From Okamejei kenojei (lineage: Eukaryota), in NCBI GenBank assembly GCA_035221665.1, contig CM069159.1, forward strand, positions 25,482,001-25,546,000: a stretch of 64,000 bases of DNA, read 5' to 3'. The notes beneath the pieces are model-generated. The model did no database searches and was not told the origin of the DNA. It worked only from the letters and a program-made list of their open reading frames with translations. Of the stretch, positions 36,813 to 49,829 are shown piece by piece (position 1 is the stretch's first letter; each line of letters begins with the position of its first letter). The position numbers and the translations under genes are program-made.

Positions 36813-36935
36813 ATTTTTGGGTCTTTTCTGAACGTTTCCAACCACTTTTTATTAGCTGCAATTACTTCTTGAATGGAAAGACCATTCTTTTGTGACATTT
36901 TAGAGTGGGTCTGATGGAACAACTTCACCTGGTCG
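36813..36935 (-). CDS. CEP164: CEP164 exon (S/DQVKLFHQTHSKMSQKNGLSIQEVIAANKKWLETFRKDPK/M)
   Basis: Pyrimidine tract plus AG acceptor; GTATCCTT donor; phase 2 to 2. Conserved 'I.AN..WLE....DP' motif. Confidence 0.9.
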
Positions 36936-37069
36936 CTGAGAGAAATAACATTCATTTGATCAATGTCAACAAAACGGTAATTTAAAATCAATACAAAGCA
37001 GAAAATGTAGGTTGCAGAGGTAGAGCTCATCATGTAGTCAGCAACCAAAAATATATCACACAATCTAGG

Positions 37070-37503
37070 TGTGAGGGTGTGAGCTGTAGGGAGAGGTTGG
37101 GTCTCTATTCCATGGAGCGCAGTAGGATGAGGGGGAATCTTATAGAGGTCTACAAAATCATGAGAGGAATAGATCGGGGAGATGCACAGACTCTCTTGAC
37201 CAGAGTAGGACAAGAGGACATAGGTTCAAGGTCAAGGGGAAAATGTTTACTAGGAATCCGTGGGGTGACTTTTTCACACATAGGGTGGTAGGTGTGTGGA
37301 ACAAGCTGCCGGAGGAGGTAATTGAGGCTGGGACTATCCCATCGATTAAGAAACTGTTAGACAGGTACATGGATAGGACAGGTTTGGAGGGATATGGACC
37401 ATGCGCGGGCAAGTGGGAACTGGTGTAGCTGGGACATTGTTGGCCGGTGTGGGCAAGTTGGGCCGAGGGGGCCTGTTTTCACACTGTATCACTCTATGAC
37501 TCT
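37070..37503 (+). mobile_element. CR1/HER1-type LINE 3' fragment (intronic)
   Basis: 'ERLGLYSMERSRMRGNLIEVYKIMRGIDR' with a CTATGACTCTA tail. Confidence 0.85.
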
Positions 37504-39249
37504 AATCTATTGCGCACTGAAACTGATAGTGAATCTGTATGCCCAAACCCCTATTGTGTGTGCATGATATTCAGCCAACTATACCTGCATGTACATATAT
37601 ACATATGCATAAAACTGTTAATAAATGCAGTGAACATCAATCTAGACTTGGAATGAATCATGAAATATGGATTATACTGCAAAGATAAATATACACTGGC
37701 CAATTCATATAGTACATTCAAGATCTTAATAGATAATATAGCACTGAAATATGGCATCAATGTCCTATATATTTCTCGATGGTTAGTTGTTTTAGTGCCT
37801 GAAAATTTTGAACAGCAGCCAACAAACTGAAGAGTGCGTGCAGATCCTGAGATGTACAAAATAAAACCTTGTTTCCTTCAGATACTCCTTCTCAATATGT
37901 CTCTATTGGCAACATCCTTGGAAAATTATCACTCCAAGGAAACAAAACTTTGAAAAGAAACTTCACTTGAAAAACAAAACAATTTCAGATTTTTTTTTGT
38001 GCACCTGATATTTTGCAAGTGGAACATTCATTAAATCTGCATGTTTGCATAGTGTAATGTTACTGGCAAATGACTGTTTGCATAATCACCTGGGCTGTCT
38101 GAGAACCAGGATGCTGCAATATGTGCTTCACATGCAGCCAGACGACAGGAGATATTCAAATGTTTTTTTTTTAACTGAGAATGGAACTTACTGTACATCA
38201 GAGAACACAGCCGTTATGCAAATTTGATTCTTCGCAGGAATAAGCACAAGAGACGTCTGTCCACTTTGACATCAAGTGACTAGGAGGAGAGGATGTTGGT
38301 AGCATTCTCAGGTGTTGAGCAAACATGACAATATTCGAATGGAGGTTTCACATGACATTACCTCATCTGCTAACGGATGAACATTTATATGGGAGAAGCT
38401 TATCTGGCTTGGGTTCAAAAGGCAACAACCTTTCTAATAGCCTATTTGTTTAGTTTAGATACAGTGTGAAAACAGGCCCTTCCACCCACCGAGTCCACAC
38501 CGACCATTGGTCACCCATGCACTAGTTCTATGTTATTCTACTTTTGCACCCGACACGCTAGGGGCAATCTACTGAAACCAATGAACCTACACGTCTTTGG
38601 GATGTGGGAGGAAACTGGGGCACCCGGAGAAAACCCACGCAGTCACAGGGAGAAATTACAATCACTGCACAGACAGCACCCGGGATTGAACCCAGGTCTC
38701 TGTCGCTGCGCCACTGTGCCACCATCCACACATCCTCTAATGCAAACTCAATGTTAAAGATTACTCCATGTAGTTTTGTTTAAAAGATTTATTTCTCATT
38801 TTGATGGGGAAAATTCCACTATGACCACTAACAAAAGAACATTAATCGTTTAGTAATGAACCATGATTTTAAAACTCTGGGATTCTCCAGCAGTTTAATC
38901 TATTTGCCTGGATTCTGTGAGCTCTGGTCCATTGACAAATTTGACGTTAGTTCAATAGAATGCTTCAGCGTAATGGAAGAAGAAAGATATAGCACATAAA
39001 CACAACATCTAGAGAAGTCCAGAGGTTCTTGGATGGAAAAGGAGAAACCTGAGAATTAAGATAGCCACCAAGTGCTGGAGTAACTCAGCAGGTCAGGCAG
39101 CATCTCTCGAGAAAAAGGATGGGTGATGTTTCAGGTCGGGACCCTTCTTCAGAAATATCTCTTTTCTCCAGAGATACAGCCAGACCCGCCGAGTTATTCC
39201 TGCATTTTGCGCTATCTTCTTGTCATTGGTTGCTTTTCTCTACCTCAAC

Positions 39250-40220
39250 TGTATGAGAACATACAGGGCAAGATTAGCAAATTTGCTGAGGATACAAAAG
39301 TGAGTGGTTTTGCAGATAGTGAAGATGGTTATGAAACATGAAATTCCTCGTATGTTGCAAAACATACTTGGCGAATAAAGTGTGATTCAGATTCTGATCC
39401 TGAGATTGCAGAAGGGTCTGGATCAACCTGCCAGGTGGGTTGATGGAGTTTAATACAGAGAATTGTGATGTGTTGCATTTTGAGACGTCTAACAAGGGCA
39501 GGACCTACACAGTAAATGGTAGGTTTCTAGGAAATGTTGCAGAGCAGAGAGATCTAGATGCATGGTTCCTTGAAGGTCGAGTGGCAGGTAGATAAGGTGG
39601 TCAAAAAGGCTTTTGGCGCATTGGCCTTCATCAGTCAGAGTATTGAGTATAGAAGTTGGGAGGTCATGTTGCAGTTGTATAAGATGTTGTTGAGACCGCA
39701 TTTGGAATATTGTGTTTAGATCTGAGCACCATAGGAAAGATGTATTGTCAAGCTTGAAAGGATTCAGAAAGGATTTATGTGGATGTAACTTGGACTAGAG
39801 GGTGGATAGGTTGAGTATGCTGGGTCTCTATTCCTTGGAGTGCAGGAGGATGAGGGGTGATCTTATAGAGGTGTACAAAATCATGAGAGGAATAGATCGG
39901 GTGGATGCACAGAGTCTCTTGCCCAGAGTTGGGAATCTAGGACCAGAGTAAGGGGAAAAGATTTAATAGGAGGGGTAACATTTTCACACAAAGGGTGGTG
40001 GGTGTATGGAACAAGCTGCCAGAGGAGGTTGTTAAGGTTGGGACTATCCTATTGTTTAAGAAGCTGTTAGATAGATACATGGATAGGACAGGTTTGGAGG
40101 GATATGGACCAAATGCAGGCAGGTGGGACTAGTGTAGCTGGGATATTGTTGGCCGGTGTGGGCAAGTTGGGCCGAAGGGCCTGTTTCAACACTGTATCAT
40201 TCTATGACCTTATGACTCTA
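39250..40220 (+). mobile_element. CR1/HER1-type LINE fragment (RT end to 3' tail, intronic)
   Basis: 'ISKFAEDTKV' (FADD-like) through to the CTATGACTCTA tail. Same subfamily as 37070-37503. Confidence 0.85.
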
Positions 40221-40386
40221 ACAGTATTCTTTCGACCAAAACTGGAGAATTAATCTAGTCCGACCCAATTCCCATAGTAAAATTCTACACAATTGAACTG
40301 ACATACAAAGGCAAAAGAAAAACATCACAATGATAATTATGTGATAACGACTTTAGCAAAACAATCTCCCAATGTAACGGTTGTAC

Positions 40387-40453
40387 CTTGCAGAAACATA
40401 TCCCAACCCGCTCTCAGTAGGTGTTGGATTTCCACTGAGGTTTGGTCTTCCTC
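40387..40453 (-). CDS. CEP164: CEP164 exon (G/GRPNLSGNPTPTESGLGYVSA/S)
   Basis: AG/GT boundaries, 67 nt, phase 1 to 2, fitting both neighbours. 'PTP.ES.LGY.SAS' motif. Confidence 0.88.
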
Positions 40454-41550
40454 CTGTCACAAGGGAACATTAAAAAAAAATAAACAAATTAATTCAAGTT
40501 GATTTACCAATTCTAAATGGTTTTATTAATTCTCATGAACATTTTTTTCAGCAAAGTTAGTGATGTTTATAAAATTACCCACAGCTTGCAATATTAACTA
40601 GACAGCAACACAGTGCACTCTCAGAAATTCTTTCAGCTGAAGTCAGTGGAGTGGCCTGGAGGCAGAACGTAGCAAACTGAAGCAGCACGATTGTGATTTT
40701 AGCAACATTGTTTTGGCTGAATTTCTGGGCACGATTACTTTCTCCACTCATTCCCCAATTGATTCTTTCTGTTACACATCATGTCCAGTTCAAAGGGATG
40801 GCAGATGAGCTGTCATTATGCGTTTCCCCTTGTATTTCCAATTGGTAATTAAGTAGCATTGCACCGAGTCACTGTCAGAGATACAGACTTTCATGGAGAA
40901 GGCAAGGTAAATCAGAAGGTGATGATTCAATTTTGACAGCTTTTATTGCCCTATTAATGTCAATGGAAGGAAAACCTTGGCATTGCATTGATTTTGCATG
41001 TCCTGGGCTAAGAGGCTCTGCCATGGGAATTAAAAAATGTAACCAGAGGTTTTTGCTTCAATAACCTCCGCAGTACTTAATATTACAATATTGCTTTATG
41101 TTATTCAGGAGGAAAAGATCACCTTCATTCTTTCTTTGATGACATTTAGTTCATGTTTTGAATTCGTGATTCACCCATTAGTGAAAGGATTCTTTCACTA
41201 CTTTGTCAAAATGAATCTTAAAACCTCTTTAAAAAAAGACAGGAAAGGAAGTCTTTTAAAAAGGATTTAAAAATCAGGACACAAAGTGCTGGAGGAACTC
41301 AGCGCGTCGGTCGGGCGGCACCTGGGGAGGGAATGGACAAATTACTTTTCGGGCTGGGACTCTTCTTCAGATTGATTCGAAGAGTCCCAACCCAAAACAT
41401 TGTCCATTCCATCGACAGATGCTGTCTGACCCTCCTAGTTCCTCCAATGCTTTGTGTTTTTGCTCAAGATTCCAGCATCTGCAGTTCCTCGTGCTTCATC
41501 AGCCTTTTAAGTCACTTTGTTGCACTTGCAAGAGTTCATTATCACAGAGG

Positions 41551-41850
41551 TCGCGGGGTGAACCCGGCTGCAGGAAAACCCGGCCGCGGGAAGATGCTGG
41601 CCGCGGGGTGAACCCGGCTGCAGGAAAACCCGGCCGCGGGAAGATTCTGGCCGCGGGGTGAACCCTGCTGCAAGAAAACCCGGCCGCGGGAAGATGCTGG
41701 CCGCGGGGTGAACCCGGCTGCAAGAAAACCCGGCCGCGGGAACGGTTGCAGCAGGAAGAAACCCGGCTGCAGGAAAACCCGGCCACGGGAGATTCTGGCC
41801 GCGGGTTAAACCCGGCTGGAGAGAAAACCCGGCCGCGGGAAGATTCTGGC
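41551..41850. repeat. 50-bp GC-rich minisatellite (about 4 near-exact units plus degenerate units fading to ~42020)
   Basis: Unit CCGCGGGGTGAACCCGGCTGCAGGAAAACCCGGCCGCGGGAAGATGCTGG starts at 41551, 41601, 41651 and 41701. Confidence 0.92.
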
Positions 41851-44800
41851 CATGAAAGATTCTGGTGTGATTTCTCCATGAAAGATTCTGGTGTGAACCC
41901 GGCTGAAGGAAAACCACGCCGCAGGGACCGTGGGAAGAAGCAAACCTCAGCGGGGACCGCGGGAAGACCACGGGATGAACCCAGCTCGGGAACCCGGCCG
42001 CAGGGACCGCGTGAGGGGACCGTGTGACACGGCTACGGACCGCAGAAGTGCGGATAGCCGGCGGCATTTTTCTCAGACTCCAGCGGGCCAGAAGAGGTTC
42101 AATGGCGTCTGAAAGGCCTAGGCAGGCCAGGAGGGTCCCCTCCAACATGGGTACGTCCTCGGCCGTTTACCCATGAGGAGCATGGATAGCGTCAGAGAGC
42201 GCTCATCCCACTAATGCTCCATCCTGATATGGTCCATGTATGGCATATCAGTAGAGATATACCGCCTACGGTAAGCCCAGAGACCTGCAGTGTCCGGGCT
42301 GCGAATATACCACCGGCGGATGAGCCCGTAGACTCGGAGATTACCACCTGCGGAGGGATTTCCCGCTGGCCGATAACCTCGGAGACTCAGCATGGGTCCG
42401 GGCTGGAAGGTCCACCGCCTACGCATCCCGCATGAAGCGGAAGACTTGGAAGTATGACCAGGGAACATACTGGAGTACAAACGTGAGGTTCCAGAATATT
42501 CTGGCGTGGCATCAAGATCTTCGCTAAACGAAGCCTGAAGGCCAGAGTTCTCTTGTGAAAGAACAGCCACCTCACGCCACATCACATGTGCCGGCGGTGG
42601 AATACCATACACCTGCAATATTGTCCATGAAAGGACCAGCAGTGAACAGCGCTATATGGGGGTACAATGCACACTTCAAAATGAACTGTTTCCAGAAAAA
42701 CGCCATCGGACCTGCCTTAAATTTCAAATCAGTAGGTTGAAGTGAGGCCAGCAATGTCTAGCCGCCAAATACTCTCTTCAGGAACCTGCCCAAACAGGTA
42801 AGACCCGGATGAAGAATGAAAGCTGTCCGGCTTATCAAGGGACCACGGCAACACACCCCACGCCTCTATCAGCAGCAAGCGTTTCACTGAAGCTGGGGGC
42901 AGCTTCAAAACTGGGCGCAGGCTTTCAGGCCAAGACCAAACCGGTCCTCAGGGAATTGGGTCCACATACCCCAGCAATCCTACTCTCCAAAATTGGGACA
43001 GAATAAGAACCCGCACCAGGAGCCTTGGGCTTACCATAAGACCACCTATAACCATGAAGGAGGTGGGTCTGGTTCTTTTCCGATATATGAGGTATGTGGA
43101 CCATTTACAAGTTGGTAAATTTACACTTGTTTATGCTAGACGAGTTGGCTTTCAAGACGGGCCGCAGTGCGAGCCGTTCATTATCACTATGAAAGATATC
43201 GGTTCAACTCACAAATGCAGTTTCGACTTTCTGAATAGAAAACTGCTATACTGTCTAACAACAGGAGAACAGTTTCCACTGGGCTCACCTAAGATATTAT
43301 TTTATGGGCTATCTGGATGATGTTCTAAAACACTGTATTTTGCCTAATCAGCGGTATCAGCCACAAACCATTCTGCAGGAATTGGATTCTTATCCATCCA
43401 GTAAATTTAAGTTGATACCAACTGAAATTATAAATTGTCTGGGATTGATATATATTGGTCAGCTGTGCTATTGCGCCTTCTGCACCATCAGAGCTTTACG
43501 GCGTGCAAAGGAGCGAGCTCACAGGCTATTCCCAGCTGGCAAAGTCACCAATGTGGACAAACAGTATTCAGCATTGCCCCACTAACCTTCATCAATACTC
43601 GTCAGTTAATTACTAACTGATGCTATGTTAAAGATGGATTATTTCTATATACAATCTTTAGTTACAAAGGCGGATGGGGTTTGCATGAGTTACCTATTCA
43701 CATTAGGTGCATTCTGTGGATAAAGGTTGTGCAAATATGCATATCTGCATGCTCAAGTCTAACTTGATACACTCTGGTGCTATTATATATAAATCACATG
43801 GGTGCAATCCAGTAAAAGTATCCGGTAATAGTTTACCTAACTTCATTGGCATTGGCATATCAGCAGGAAAACGAGAATGGATGTGGAATCGCCAGGATTT
43901 AAGGTACGTGGCGATGGATGCATTTCTCGCTACACTGAGGGGTAATGTTCATTGTGTCCATCCAAGACCTTACCAGACGGGTCTTGCTAATTCAGTTTCC
44001 CGCTTCAGGCATTTCGGAGTGCCTGACTGGCCAATACAGCCATGATCCCGCTGATGTTGGGTATTATGATAGAACCTTACATGGATTGCAGGCACAAAAT
44101 GGCTGGTTAGCCGTGACCAGGAAACCTTCCCCTGCATACTTTAATCTAGTCATTGACTAGCAGACTGGGAAGACCGCTCCTGCGGCTTACTATTGTCAAA
44201 CCAAACTAAGTTGACACGGATGACTGACGTCTTAAGTTCAGCTCCATATGGGGTTGACAATCATACTGGAGTGCCATTACTGTGCCGCACGTGCCTTCGC
44301 AGCATTTTGGCTGCGAGCAGCAGAATCCATTTATCGGGTCACCTTCTGTTCGAGATAGGGTCTTAAACTCGACACCCCCCAGGGAGGTACGCAGAGATAT
44401 GGGATGTTAACATTGGAACATCCCTGCCCTGGGCTCACTATACCAAGGGTTATGCTCATGACACTGAGGCAGCACTATGGGTCCAGTTGCTTAGCTGTGA
44501 CTGGACAAGATGATTATTCTGCATGGAATTACATTTATGTTATCACTAATCAGCAGATATCGCCAGGGACATTAGGTCTCAAACTAGTATTGCTGGCATA
44601 TCCCATGGACCTTCGGTTGTATGTGGCACACATCTACACCAGTATGCTAAGGTCTCTAGAGCCTTAGGGACTGAACTAACAATGATTGATAGTCACATGG
44701 AGCCTCACTAGAGAATCACTACAGACCATCGGCCGGTGGTTTATATGGGTTCTGGGGGCAGGAGTGAACACTGACATACAAGTCTCACTCCACCCAGGCT

Positions 44801-45440
44801 GCAACTATATCAGCAGCAGGGGATGGACGTTCACGGGACCACATCCTAGTGGGTGCAGGATGGTCTACGAACGATTCCAAACATGTAGGAATACCCTTGC
44901 CAGACCAGCGGTATTTGCCGACTTTTTAAGTCTGTGTTATAGTTCCTCCCGGGTGCAGGAGGTACTATTATCACTAAGTGTACATTATAGCATCAACATG
45001 TCTATTCCTATGTCATGTCTGAATGCATTCTTAGAATTAGCTCTTCACTGTTGCAGTGTGTGATGCATGGACTCGTCCACGGCATGAAATCACAGAGCTT
45101 TGAAATCTTCACGTAGTCACTCACGTGACTACGAAGTAAAATAGTAAGATTAAATGAGAACTTACCAGTTTGAAATTTGATCTTTATTTTATGAGGAGTT
45201 ACGATGAGGGATTACGGGCCCTCCGCTCCCAAACCCTCTATTATAAAGGTCAACTGGTATATATAAGTTCTCTCTTATCTTACTATGTTAGTCAACTCTG
45301 GTATCTGTGATTTCACACCGCTGCTTTGAAGAATGTCGCGCATGCTTGCTGGTGGGGTCTTCACGTAATCCCTCATCGTAACTCCTCATAAAATAAAGAT
45401 CAAATTTCAAACTGGTAAGCTCTCATTTAATCTTACTATT
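41551..45440 (+). mobile_element. Second DIRS-family element: internally decayed, left terminus missing, in a CEP164 intron and antisense to the gene
   Basis: Remnants 'MGYLDDVL', 'VAMDAF', 'VPDWPIQP' and an HST-like tyrosine recombinase segment. ICR at about 45107-45215 and right terminus at about 45305-45440, homologous to those of the 8241-13505 element. Confidence 0.88.
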
Positions 45441-46199
45441 AAAAAATATGGATTATGTTGGTTGGAACTAAAGTTTCCAGAATCGATCTGAAAACTGGGG
45501 AAACATAGAACCTTTCCAAATAAAATAATAAAAGAACAGGTGCATTTCCATCATTACCAATACGTTTTTCCCCTCTCAACATGGAAACACTTGTAGGGAA
45601 CGCACAAAATGACCCACATTGACTTATTTCATCTCTCTGAACAACAAAACACTTTACAGCTAGGATAGTACTTTTGAGGGTAGCTGCCAAAAAACATCAA
45701 CATAAAAAGTGCCCTCAAACAGCACATAATGACCATCAAATCCACTGCAGAGACATTGATTGAGGGATAAATCTTGCCACGTAATTAAGGATTACTTCCT
45801 ACGGACAGAATGCACCGTAGATGCTGGAATCTCATGCAATGTGCTGGAGTAACAGCAGGTCAGGCCGCATCTTCAGAGGACATGGATAGGCAACGTTGCA
45901 GGTTGGGACCTTTCTTCAGAGTGAGTGCAGTTGGGCGGAGAAAGCTCGAAAAAAGATAGGGGAAGTGGTCTGTTGTGATAGGTAATGGGGGGGGTGGGGG
46001 ATTACTTCCTTTGGTTCTTTAAAATGGTGCTGTAGTGCTGTACTGAATAGTGCTGTAGGATCCTTTTATGTCCATGTGAGAATGCGAGAGCGCAGGCCAG
46101 ATATCAGTCAAGATGTCTCACCCAAAAGACAGTTCAGAAACCCCACACAACCTCAAACAAGAACATAACTTAAATAATTAAAAACGGGTAACATCTGAC

Positions 46200-46553
46200 C
46201 TGGGAAGTACTTGCGCCACCTCTCACTTAACGCATCGTCCAGAGATTGAGCAGCGGGATGGTGGAATGGGGCAGTTGTGCCTCTGTTCCAGGTCCATTGC
46301 GAAGACAAGGGAGCGGTGTTGGGAGCAAACATTGACCCACTCTTCTGGGAATCATACATCGACAGAGGCACACTGCATCCAGGAGCTGGGACGGTAAAAG
46401 CCTGCGCTGTGGAGAAAACCGGCGATTGCTGCATTCCCATTGATCCGAGAACAGAAAGTATACTGTTAAGGTCGTACGTAATTTTCTGAATGGACTCGCT
46501 GAGGTACTGCATGTTGGCATGCTGAGCAAAGGGCCACTCTGACATCAACTCTG
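46200..46553 (-). CDS. CEP164: CEP164 exon (...QYLSESIQKITYDLNSILSVLGS...LSERWRKYFP/G)
   Basis: Open frame within ORF 46153-46548. CAGCAG acceptor (exon edge at 46553 or 46550) and GTCAGA donor; phase 1 to 1. 'WRKYFP' motif. Confidence 0.9.
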
Positions 46554-48557
46554 CTGTATAAAGAGGTCAAACCAAAAAGTGAGGCAAACTTACATGGCAC
46601 ACATACAGATACATATGTTCTATAGCTCTTAATAGTTTTGTCTTTATCCAAGACACAATTGGATTGAAGGTGAAAGATCTAATAGGAATCTGAGGGGCAT
46701 CTTTTTCATACGGAGGGTGGTGGGTATATGGAACGAGCTGCCAATAGAGGTAGTTGAGGCAGGTATTATGACAACATTTAATAGATATTTGGGCAGGTAC
46801 ATGGATAGGAAAGGCTTTCTATAGAGGGATATCGGCCAAACGCGGGCAGGTGGAACAAGCATAGATGGGGCAGCATGGTTGGCAAGGGCACATTGTGTCA
46901 AAGGGCCTGACTTACAAAAGATCGATGGTTTCGAGACCACGACCTGTGATAAATTAATGAATCACTGATGCTTCACAGTTTTTCATGCTGCCCTGGGTTT
47001 ATTTGAGGAAACCATCAGGTTACCTCCATCTCACTCCTCCAGAAGCCAAGTTCACGATCGTTAATGTCAGCCGAGGGTAGGATTAGTAAGACTACAATGT
47101 TCCCTCACAGTCAAATCATCTCATAGGTGCCATTATTGGTACTCAGCGTGGAACTTGCTATTGACAGCAGTTCAGCCTCAGTGATGACTTTTTTTTGAAG
47201 AGTACTAAACCAAAGTCAATTAGAAAGTCCAGGGAGCATTGTGCAGATTATACATTATCAATGTCATTGGGAGGTGGTGGACCATGCACGTATAATCATC
47301 ATCGAGAAAGGGGTATGTGCAGCTTTCCATAAAAGCAGCTGCTTTGAAGTTTGACATCACTGTAACCAGATGCAAATAGTCAACATCAAAACTCAATAAG
47401 TAGTGCTATTAACATAATACCTTTGGTGAAATGGCCTTTCAACAATATGAACTATTGGATAGCTTACCAATAAAGTGTCCATCCAATATCATCTCTCATC
47501 TATTATAGTTCTCCCACTTGCAAGCCAACTGTTACAGGCTACCACTAATCCCAATCGACATGTACTGATGTCATTTACTGGCACCGGGACGTAAGGAGAT
47601 CACAGGGTGAGAACGATGTATTTTAAAAGATAGATATATGGAAAGAAAGGGCTTAGAGGGCTAATGGGTAAATGCATGCAAATACGCCTAATTCATTATG
47701 CCAACCTGGTCGGCATGCACAAGGTGGGCATGCACAGGTCGATGACACGTGTACAGTCCTTGTTTCAAACCCAATCCTTTGATATATCACAACGCTACAT
47801 AAATTTTGTTTTTCATGCACTCGATTCTGGTCGGTTTATAAATATTTGATTCAGTAATTGCTGTCCAATAGATTGTTTGTCACATTTTAACTGAAATAAG
47901 AATGTAGGAATCACAAAAAATAATACAAGTACAAAAACCCAGTGGGAGAAAAAGAGAAGCCCTTTTAAAAAAAAAGTGGATTGGAATTCACTGCTTGTCC
48001 GTTTCTCAGAGCAGTGTGAATTAAATTCAAAGCCATCAGGGAGCTTCCTATCCTGCCTGATCGACCAAACATAGGTTTGTTCTATGTGTAACCTTGGCCC
48101 CACATATTAACCAACAGAAACTACTTGAAATCAACTCTCAGGCTGGATATACAGTCCTATAGCAAAACAGGTCATTATTTATGGGTGGGGAAAGGTATAA
48201 GGTCAATAAAGGAAAAATGATTAGGTAAACGAGTTATGAAAAAGTGATCATGCCACAGATTTACACAAAGCATGTAAGGAGACACAAGAGAACCACAAAT
48301 TAGAATTAGCAGAGAGAAACCAATGCTGGAAATCTAAAGCAAGAACAGAAATGGTGTAAATACTTAGACTAGGCCAGGATTTGTGAGGATAAAAGCAGAG
48401 TTTTAACTTGTTAACCTTTCATCAAACAGGTCCTTGAGCCAAAACGGTACCTCCATTTCTTTCGTCATTAATGCTCTCTGCTCGTCGAGTATTTCCAGCA
48501 TTTTGTTTTAAATAGCAGAGGAAATATTATTGAATGTAGACCTGGCAAGATGCTCAC

Positions 48558-48672
48558 TTTTCTGCTGAGGAAGGTCAATGCTGACAATGCTGCTGACATC
48601 ATCGGAGTCTGTAAGGTCAAAGGTAACAGCTTTCTTGCCCTCTGTGGTTTTTGGCGAGTCTTCATCTGAAAG
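48558..48672 (-). CDS. CEP164: CEP164 exon (LSDEDSPKTTEGKKAVTFDLTDSDDVSSIVSIDLPQQK)
   Basis: AG/GTGAGC boundaries, 115 nt, phase 0 to 1. 'KK.VTFDL.D' motif. Confidence 0.9.
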
Positions 48673-49829
48673 CTAACAATGCAGAATGGTCAAATTGTCT
48701 CTTGAATCCACTGCAGGCTGGTATAAAAAAATATAGTTTGTCTGGTGCGTTGAGTTAGCTGACCTTATCCAGGACAGCAGCTGATGTATGCTATCCCAGT
48801 GTCAGAAAAGGGACAACTTCTCTGACAAATGTAAAGGCCCATGATAACAAGGGTAGAGAGTCGGACCAAGGTCCTGTCGTCACAAGGAGGATGTTCTCTA
48901 TTTTGTTATATGTCAATAATACCAAAAGGATCGACAATGGATCTGGCAGCTCAAAACTAGGCAGCTACGAGGTAGCGTGAATCATCATTAATATCAGCAA
49001 TGTACACAAACACAATCTATAACCGTCACTCTAATCATTACTACCAAGCCAGGTTCAATGAGGAGTGCAGACGGACATACTAAGAGCAGCATCAGACATC
49101 ACTCAAAACAAGGTACCACACCAGTGAAGCTACAACACTGGACCACAAGCACACTAAGCAACAGCAGCAGCATGCAGAGTTGCACAGTCCAATCATCAAC
49201 AGATCAGATTGAAGCTCAGCGGCTCCACCACATCTAGTCATGAATGGAGTGTGCATTAATTTACACAGCTAACGAGACAACATGGCGCTAACAATATTCC
49301 CATTCTCAGCAATGGCAGCACCCAGCATGAGTGCCAAGGACACCAATGCACCAGCAACCATGTTCAGCATGAAGCACCGAGTGGATAAACTCACTTCTTT
49401 GATTCACTTGATCTCATCACAGCCTTGGCCCACACGTGAATCAAAGAAGCAAATTCAAGAACTGATATTGAATTCCCCAGCTTTAGGTAACTTGCTCACC
49501 CTTTCTGTTTATAATGAGACTGGTCAGTTAGCTTGCCGTTCGTGTCTCCCATTCTTTTTTGTTGTTGTTTATTCTAGTCTGCTGGGGATATTCCCCGATC
49601 TCACAACATTCGCGCAGTGCTCAACTGCACATTTAATGACCATACTGTTTTACCTTACTGCAGATACTCCCTTTGTTCTCTCCCCTGTTCTCCTCACTTT
49701 GTCTCCTAGGCTAACTCACTTGTTTTCTTTCTTCTTATGAAGGGTGTTCTTCAGATCTGATGAAGGGCCTTCAACCTGAAATATTAACTATTTCTTTCCC
49801 ACATCATGCTTAACCCGTTTAGCGTGGAT

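Noticed and set aside
41333-42148. Overlapping repetitive ORFs (for example 41507-42148, 213 aa), and a possible CRISPR-like array
   Set aside because: The ORFs arise from a stop-poor GC-rich 50-bp tandem repeat. The units are contiguous with no unique spacers, and the context is eukaryotic with no cas genes.
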